A stretch of 64,000 nt of DNA from Eledone cirrhosa (lineage: Eukaryota): NCBI GenBank assembly GCA_964016885.1, contig OZ024756.1, forward strand, positions 19,282,001 to 19,346,000, read 5' to 3'. Positions within the stretch are counted from its first letter, which is position 1. Each line of letters starts with the position of its first letter. Below the pieces are notes generated by a model. That model saw only the letters and a list, made by a program, of their open reading frames with translations. It ran no database searches and had not been told where the DNA came from. A program made the position numbers and the translations under genes. Positions 55,641 to 64,000 of the stretch are shown here, one piece after another.

Positions 55641-56367
55641 GTATGTTATATTTCAATGTCTTTCTATCACAATTATTATTATTATTGTTGTTGTTATTAC
55701 TATTATTACTAGTTAAGGACAACGTAATCTTCTCCCCCCTCCCTGTCACACACTCTCTCTCTCTCTAAACAAATGGCGTTCCCTTTTCTCTCTTTACATG
55801 CATATCTCTTGCTTGACACTCCCCTCTCTCTCTCTATAGAAGAAGGTGACATCATAACTTTCTGTCTACCCAGCTCTTTCTGCCACCTTTTATAGTTTTA
55901 TAACTTTTATAGTTTTATAATATATGTGTCTGTGTGTGAGTGTATGTGAGTATGTGTATGGGTATATGAGTGTATGTGTGTATATGTGTGTGTATGTGTG
56001 TGTGTATATATGTATATGTGTGTGTGTATATGTGTGTTTGTGTATATGTGTGTGTATATATGTGTATATGTGTGTATGTGTGACAGATGTCAACCATATG
56101 TAACAGATGAAAGTCTTTTTCATCCAGATGTCAGTCCTCTGCCAGTTATCCTCATATATATATATATGTGTGTATGTGTGTATGTGTACATGTATATATA
56201 TATATATATATGAGACTGCCGATCGCTATGTTTGATTTGCTAAGCTGTCTAAACGTATTGTTATTACTCTGGGGTACTACCCCCATCCGAGTGCTAAAGC
56301 TACATATCGATTCTGCGTTCGTTAGCTTGGCCGCAAACTAAAGCTTTGTTTATGCTGTACTAACATT

Positions 56368-56407
<40 letters not shown>

Positions 56408-56522
56408 CACACATACACACACACACATATATATACATACACACATATATACACATACACACATATACATATATATATACATATACACATACACACTTAT
56501 ACATATATATACATGTACACAT

Positions 56523-56578
<56 letters not shown>

Positions 56579-57054
56579 ATGTGTACATGTATATATATGT
56601 ATAAGTGTGTATATGTATATATATATGTATATGTGTGTATATGTATATATGTGTGTGTGTATATGTGTGTATGCATATATATATATATATATGTGTGTAT
56701 GTGTACATGTATATATATATATATATGTATGTGTGTATGTGTACATGTATATATATGTATAAGTGTGTATGTGTATATGTATATATATGTATATGTGTGT
56801 ATGTATATATATATATATGATTATGTGTGTATGTGTACATGTATATATATATATATGTATGTGTGTGTATGTGTACATGTATATATATGTATAAGTGTGT
56901 ATGTGTATATGTATATATATGTGTATGTGTGTATGTGTATATATATGTGTGTGTGTATGTATATATATATATGATTATATGTGTATGTGTGTATGTGTAC
57001 ATGTATATATATATGTATATGTGTGTATGTGTATATGTATATATATATATGTGA

Positions 57055-57272
57055 AGGCGTGTGGCTGAGTGGTTAGAGAATTGTATTCGCAATCGTAAGG
57101 TTGTGAGTTCGATTCCTGGACCAGGCGATGCGTTATGTCCTTGAGCAAGACACTTTATTTCACGTTGCTCCTTCTACCTGGAGTTGCGACCGATAGATAG
57201 TATTAGCAATTGGAAAGACCAGCGGAAACATTGTTCCCTCGGTCCGATTTGACAAAAAAGTCGATCGTTCCT
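57055..57272 (+). mobile_element. tRNA-derived SINE family C
   Basis: TGGCTGAGTGG / GAGTTCGATTCC boxes, CORE-like segment; second copy 62745-62950. Confidence 0.85.
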
Positions 57273-57500
57273 ATGTATGTGTATATGTATATATATGTAT
57301 ATGTGTGTATGTGTGTATGTGTACATGTGTGTATATATGTGTATATGTGTATATATGTGTGTGTGTACATGTGTGTATGTGTACATGTGTGTATATATGT
57401 GTGTGTGTATATGTGTGTATGTATATATATATATATGATTATGTGTGTATGTGTGACAGATGTCAGCCATACGTAACAGATGAAAGTCTTTTACCTCCAG

Positions 57501-57610
57501 ATGTTCGCCCTCTGCCAGTTATCCTCAACAGTCTACAAAATCATAAAATTGAGCTGCAACAGTACTCAATATATACACAAATGTTTCAAATCTTTATGGA
57601 GACTTTGAAG
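57501..57610 (+). CDS. LRRC74-like exon (NVRPLPVILNSLQNHKIELQQYSIYTQMFQIFMETLK)
   Basis: CTTTTACCTCCAG| ... AAG|GTTGGT; 110 bp, phase 1-0. Confidence 0.82.
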
Positions 57611-57624
57611 GTTGGTAAAGCACC

Positions 57625-58150
57625 AAACAACAACAACAGCATCAACACCAACAGCAGCCACAACAACAACAGCAACAATAAAAACAACAACAACAACAGC
57701 AACAATAAAAACAACAACAACAGCAACAATAAAAACAACAACAACAGCAACAATAAAAACAACAACAGCAACAATAAAAACAACAACAACAGCAACTATA
57801 AAAACATCAACAAAAGCAACAATAAAAACAACAGCAACAATAAAAACAACAACAACAGCAACAATAAAAACATCAACAAAAGCAACAATAAAAACAACAG
57901 CAACAATAAAAACAACAACAACAGCAACAATAAAAATAACAACAACAACAACATCAGCAGCAATCACAACAACAACAACAACAACAACAACATCAACAAC
58001 ATCGACAACAACAACAATAACAACAGCAACAGCATCATCATCATCAACAACAACAACAGCCACAACAACATCAACAACAGCAGCAGTAACAACAACAATA
58101 ACAGCATCATCATAAACAACAACAGTCACAACAACAACAGCAACAACCAC
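57625..58150. repeat. Intronic degenerate (AAC)n
   Basis: Direct; source of the poly-N/T/V ORFs. Confidence 0.95.
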
Positions 58151-58334
58151 TGCTCATAAATAATTCTAATGTTAATGTAACAAACGCATCATCTACTAGA
58201 CATTTCTAACTGTTTTTTTTTGTTGTTTTTTTTTTTGTTGTTTTAGGTTAATATAATATTTGTAATATTTTGTTGTTGTTTGTTTCTTTTTTTCTTTTTC
58301 ATTTTATGTTTTTTTTTTGTTTTTTTTTTACCAG

Positions 58335-58442
58335 CATAACCAGAGAGTGGAAGTTTTAGATTTGATTGAAAGTCAAATTGACAGCAAAAAAGCGCTACTC
58401 ATTGCTGATATGTTGGATAAAAACATCACCATCTTTAGTCTG
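58335..58442 (+). CDS. LRRC74-like exon, RI-type LRR (HNQRVEVLDLIESQIDSKKALLIADMLDKNITIFSL)
   Basis: Poly-T tract + ACCAG| ... CTG|GTTGGT; 108 bp, phase 0-0; 28-aa LRR spacing. Confidence 0.87.
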
Positions 58443-59277
58443 GTTGGTTCTGGGAGTTTTTCAAAATTATGAATTATTTCTTTCTCATCACAGACACAAG
58501 CAGAGCAAGTCTCTACTGTTTTTTTTTTTTTGTTTTTTCTTTGAAAAATTGTTGCTTCTATGCTTTTAATCCTTTCGTAACCATATTTCTAATGAAAGAT
58601 GACACTGCCAATGGTTTTCAAATCATTTTGAAGATAATCAATAATTTAGAGTGAGTAGAAGGACAGACATGGACTCTGTAAGCCGTAGTGTAGGCAACCC
58701 ATCTAAGAGAGTAGTAAAATGGTAAAGACCCCTTTTGGTCATAAATGACCATGGGATTTGCACCTAGAAACCTCTCCTGCAAGGCACAAGTCTGGGCAAG
58801 GTTGTTTGTGGAAGACCAACAGTCACCCATGCATACCAGTCTCCCCTCTCAATGCCACTGGTGTTGTCCAAGGGAAAGGCAGTGGCCGAAACAGCTTAGC
58901 ACCAATGATGTCACAACTCATTTCTACAACTAGAGCAACGTAAAATAAAATGTCTTGCTCAAGGACAGAATGCATCACCCGGTCTGAGAATCAAACTCTC
59001 AAACTCACGATTACAAGCCCAATGCTCTAACCACTAAGCCACATATGCCTTGAGGAGAGTAGACACTCTGAATAAAAACTGACTCAGGATAGAGAGGACT
59101 CTAGAGTTCAGCAAGTCAACCTCTCTAGTGCTGGTGGCACGAATCATGCACCCAGTCCATATTATAAATTGGTTGGTGATTGGAAGGGCATCCAGCTAGT
59201 AAAACCTTGCCAAAACTATGCAAAGAGGGAGAGGAATTGAGCAACAAGATCACAGACCTCATTCACTTACTGAGTTT

Positions 59278-60352
59278 CTATAGAGAGACACTATATTGAC
59301 TATAGAGAGACACTATTAACTATATAGTGACACTATATTGACTATAGAGAGACACTATACTATATAGTGACACTATATTGACTATAGAGAGACACTATTA
59401 ACTATATAGTGACACTATATTGACTATAGAGAGACACTATACTATATAGTGACACTATATTGACTATAGAGAGACACTATTAACTATATAGTGACACTAT
59501 ATTGACTATAGAGAGACACTATTAACTATATAGTGACACTATATTGACTATAGAGAGACACTATACTATATAGTGACACTATACTATATAATAACACTAT
59601 ATTAACTATATAGAGACACTATTAACTATATAGTGACACTATATTGACTACATAGCGACACTATATTAACTATATAGTGACACTATATTAACTATATAAA
59701 AACACTATACTATATAGTGACACTATATTAACTATAGAGAGACACTGTACTATATAGAGACACTATATTGACTATAGAGAGACACTATACTATATAGTGA
59801 CACTATACTATATAATGACACTATATTAACTATATAGAGACACTATTAACTATATAGTGACACTATATTGACTACATAGTGACACTATATTGACTACATA
59901 GCGACACTATATTGACTACATAGCGACACTATATTAACTATATAGTGACACTATATTAACTATAGAGAGACACTATACTATATAGTGACACTAAATTAAC
60001 TATATAGAAACACTATACTATATAGAGACACTATACTATATAGTGACACTATACTATATAGTGATACTATACTATATAGAGACACTATACTATATAGTGA
60101 CACTATACTATATAGTGACACTATACTATATAGTGACACTATACTATACAGTGACACTATATTATATAGTGACACTATACTATATAGTGACACTATATTA
60201 ACTATATAGAGACACTATACTATATAGAGGCACTATACTATATAGAGACACTATACTATATAGAGACACTATAGTAAGTATATAGAGACACTATACTATA
60301 TGGAGACACTATATTACATAGAGACACTATAGTAAGTATAAGAGACACTATC
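59278..60352. repeat. 18-21-bp AT-rich minisatellite (GACACTATACTATATAGT)n
   Basis: Direct. Confidence 0.95.
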
Positions 60353-60406
60353 TTACTGCTGGCTTTATCTTGATGATTATTTAATACAAGCTGTTGTTTG
60401 TTATAG

Positions 60407-60500
60407 AATTTATCAAGGAACCATATTGGAAGGGAAGGGATTTCAGCTATTGCTGAAGTTCTAGATGCTTCTTACTCAGTGACATCTCTAAATCTATCAG
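60407..60500 (+). CDS. LRRC74-like exon, LRR (NLSRNHIGREGISAIAEVLDASYSVTSLNLSG)
   Basis: TTGTTTGTTATAG| ... CAG|GTAAAT; 94 bp, phase 0-1; LxLxxNxI motif. Confidence 0.9.
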
Positions 60501-61233
60501 GTAAATACTATTACAATATAGCTTTGATACTGCGGTTGTTAGGGGAGTTTTTTTGGCAGTATCGGTAGAGGGTCGGACGCCATGCTTTGACGCATAGAGT
60601 TACGGCCCTTGCCATTCTGAGTTCAAATCCTGCCAAGGTTAACTTTGCCTTTCATCCTTACGGGGTCGATAAAATAAAGTACCAGTAATGTACTGGGTAA
60701 TTGCTGGCCTTGTGCCAATAGTAGAAACAATTATTATTATTATAAGGGCGGTGGATTGGCAGTATCGGTAGAGGGTCGGACGCCATGCTTTGCAGCACAG
60801 TTACGTCCCTTTACGGACTGAGTTCAAATCCTGCCAAGGTTAACTTTGCCTTTCATCCTTATGGGGTCGATAAAATAAAGTACCAGTAATACACTGGGAT
60901 AATTGCTGGCTTTGTGCCAAAAGTAGAACCCATGCAAGTATTGCTGCACTTACATTTCGATTGTCAGTTTTAGATTTTGTTGATGCGCAAAGGAACCAGC
61001 CGACCAACAAACATCTCTCTTTTATATTATGTATAGATTAAAATAAAGTACCAGTAATACACTGGGTAATTGCTGGCCTTGTGCCTAACGTAGAAACAAT
61101 TATATTATATTATATATATACGTATATATATATATATGTGTGTGTGTAAAAGGTAAACACAAATAACAACACAATCGGTACAGTATAATGGATGGAATAT
61201 ATTAGTTTAACGCTTGAAATAGCAGGAAGAGGG

Positions 61234-61269
61234 TCTTAACGTTTCAGACACTAGTCCTTCATCAGAAGA
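61234..61269 (-). ncRNA. Minimal type I hammerhead motif, family F
   Basis: TCTT-CTGATGA-aGGAC(tagt)GTCT-GAAA-CG-TT-AAGA; related copies 20088-20125 and 39659-39694. Confidence 0.72.
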
Positions 61270-61328
61270 AAAAATGAGAAATTAGAAAGATTGGAGGGAC
61301 GGGCGGAGCAGAATCGGATATATATACA

Positions 61329-61507
61329 TACAGTGAAATTTCGTTATAACGAAATCCATGGGGTATAAAAGAAAATTTGTTGTAATGAAAAATACTTTAT
61401 AATAAGATCGACCTAACACATTGAGCGTGTGGCCAGGGATTGGAAAAATTTTGTTATACTGAAAAATTTGTTATAATGGTATTTGTTATAATGGAGTTCT
61501 ACCTGTA
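61329..61507. mobile_element. pogo/Tigger-type MITE
   Basis: TA-CAGTGAAATTTCGTTATAAC ... GTTATAATGGAGTTCTACCTG-TA. Confidence 0.65.
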
Positions 61508-61534
61508 TATATATGAATATATCTAAAAAAAAAG

Positions 61535-61802
61535 TCCCAAATCTGTCTTAAACCAGAAGGCTCATTTGGCCGGTGCTTATCCCAGTTTCATTGCGTAAAG
61601 TGACTGAGAGTACAAGACTCCCCCCTGGATAGGACGCCAGTCCATTGCAGGGTTGAACCCTCAGCTATTTTCTGGTACTCATATTCAGTTGAGTATACTG
61701 GAGCAACGTGAAATGAAGTGTTTTTCTAAAGAACATAACACACAACCCAGAAATTGAACCCACGACATTATGATAGTAAGTCCAACACCCTTACCACTAG
61801 AC

Positions 61803-61806
<4 letters not shown>
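61535..61806 (-). mobile_element. tRNA-derived SINE with V-domain-like block
   Basis: Minus GTGGTCTAGTGG head, GGTTCAATTTC, GCAATGGACTGGCGTCCTATCCAGGGGGG. Confidence 0.65.
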
Positions 61807-61865
<59 letters not shown>

Positions 61866-62040
61866 ATGATGATGATGATGATATATCTAGGGTGGGTAAA
61901 ATTCACGAGATCCATGGATGAGTTCTCTCCAGCGGTCTCTGTCCCTCATTATTGCTGCCATGTCCTGCGTCTCCAACAGAGCAGTGTCTGTCCTTAGGGC
62001 ATCAACATACGTTTTTCTGCCAGTATATATAATATATATG

Positions 62041-62078
<38 letters not shown>

Positions 62079-62091
62079 TTATATATATATA

Positions 62092-62649
62092 CTAGCAGAA
62101 AAACCACCGTTCTAGCATTTATACTGTGCATAATGATATTATAAGCAAATATATATGCATGTAGATATAATATGTCAAATGAAATCGTAATTGACACTAT
62201 GCACAGAAATTGAATGAAGTCTGTGATACACTCTCTTCTATAATCAGTAAAGTAACCCATGATACATTAAAAAAAAGATGATATTTTATATGAACTGCAT
62301 ATATAATAAACTAAAATGTTATGAAAACGAAAAAGTAGAAAATTAGTGGCCTAAATATAAACCTTATATAACAATGCAAATATATGAATGTTTATATAAG
62401 AGATGTGATGATCATTATGATATAACAGACGCTAACTTGGAGTATTAACATCTGAAAATTTTAAAGAAGTGAATCTTAAAATAAGCAATACTTTATATAT
62501 AAGAATATTTATGTTTAATTCAAGAGCTACGAAATTTAGTAGATAAATTATATAATATTCATTCATTATTTGTTAAAAGTAATCCAACTTATTTTATTAA
62601 CGAGATAAAAAATGATAAAACGCACTCCACCCTTTATTATATCATAGAT
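62092..62649 (-). mobile_element. Helitron-like element
   Basis: Minus begins A|TCTATGATATAATAAAG and ends TGCTAG|T; in (TA)n. Confidence 0.5.
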
Positions 62650-63426
62650 AATATATATTATATATATATATATATATATTATGTGTATATATATATATAT
62701 TATGTGTATATATATATATTATGTATATATATATATATATATGAAGGTATGTGGCTGATTGGTTAGAGAACTGGATCCGCAACAGTTCGATTCCTGGACC
62801 GGGCGATGCGTTTGGTCCTTGAGCAAGACACTTTATTTCACGTTGCTCTTTCTACCTGGAGTTGCGACTGATAGATAGTATTACCAATTGGAAAGACCAA
62901 CAGAAACATTGTTTCCTCAGTCCGATTTGACGAAAGTTGATCGACTCCTATATATATCATCATCATCATCATCATCATCATCATTTTACGTCCGCTTTTC
63001 CCTGCTTGCAAGGGTGGGACGGGAACTGATTCTGGTTTGATTTCTACAGCTGGATGCCCTTCCTAACACCAACCTCATTTACTAACCTCAGTGCTGGGTG
63101 CTTTTTTTCCGTGGCGCCTCTACGACCACTTTGCAGTGGAATGATAGGGACCCCAGTCCCTATCATCTCATTTCTACAGCTGAGTAAACTGGAGCAATGT
63201 GAAATAAAGTGTCTTGCTCAAGGAAACAACACATCACCCGGTCTGAGAATTGAACTCACAACCTTTCGATTGCAAGGCCAATGCTCTAACCACTAAACCA
63301 TGTGCCCCCATATATATATATACAATGATATTTATTTACTCCAGGAATCTGTTGAGTGCTCTAAATCAGTTATAAACATTTATATTTGTCGGACTTCCAA
63401 CAAATTAAATACCCCTTCTACTTATA

Positions 63427-63462
<36 letters not shown>

Positions 63463-63496
63463 TGTATGTATGTATGTATGTATGTATGTATGTATG

Positions 63497-63886
63497 TTTT
63501 CTCTTTCTCTTAATTTCGAGTATATTTTTTTGACTGGCCACCTTCCTGGTGGCAAGGTTGTAAAAGAAAAGAAATTGTCATCCCTTGAATCGCAAGAATG
63601 TTTTGCCAATTTTGAAGGTGCCAGCTATCGCAGCCATTTGCAGACTATGAATTAGGGAGCTGCGCTTTTTGTCCGCAAATCCAAGTTCAGTCATACTTTG
63701 GTCCAAGCGGGTTGGTATATAACCCGTAGCACCAATAATGATGGGTATGAAGCTAAAGGTGTATCTTGGATACTAGATTTGTAAACTCCTCATCAATGGT
63801 CCGTAGATGTCCTCCTTCTCCTGTATTTTTCTGACAACGTTTACATCAAGTGGGCAGCTGATCTCCACAACAGAACACGTTTTCAA
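63497..63886 (-). mobile_element. R4/Dong- or NeSL-type LINE 3' end within a (TATG)n tract
   Basis: CSVVEISCPLDVNVVRKIQEKEDIYGPLMRSLQI*YPRYTFSFIPIIIGATGYIP = restriction-like endonuclease motif; (TATG)n on both sides. Confidence 0.75.
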
Positions 63887-63912
63887 TGTATGTATGTATG
63901 TATGTATGTATG

Positions 63913-63957
<45 letters not shown>

Positions 63958-64000
63958 GTATATGTATATATATCGATTCGTTATATATATATATATATAT

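Noticed and set aside
57055-57125. tRNA gene
   Set aside because: It is the head of a SINE that continues into a repeated body

Overview
AT-rich, microsatellite-saturated animal genomic DNA; the repeat make-up suggests a coleoid cephalopod such as an octopus (inference, not proven). Nearly all ORFs in the supplied track are translations of microsatellites or satellites. One real gene can be assembled by eye: six phase-compatible GT-AG exons on + (50903-60500, continuing past the window) encoding an LRRC74-like leucine-rich-repeat protein. Its first large exon contains an in-frame TAG, and a candidate RFX X-box promoter island lies at about 34350-34460. The rest is transposon debris: tRNA-derived SINEs; RTE, CR1, Tx1, CRE and R4-type LINE 3' ends; piggyBac, hAT, Tc1 and pogo MITEs; Helitron-like elements; and satellites grown from these. 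The most striking signal is at least 6 sequence-unrelated families of type I hammerhead ribozyme motifs, plus further partial ones. They sit in short non-coding Penelope-like terminal-repeat relics, mostly as near-perfect fold-back palindromes inserted into (TA)n or AT-rich targets. There is also an inverted-repeat element with a tRNA-like cloverleaf as its loop. Coordinates were read by eye and repeat boundaries are approximate.
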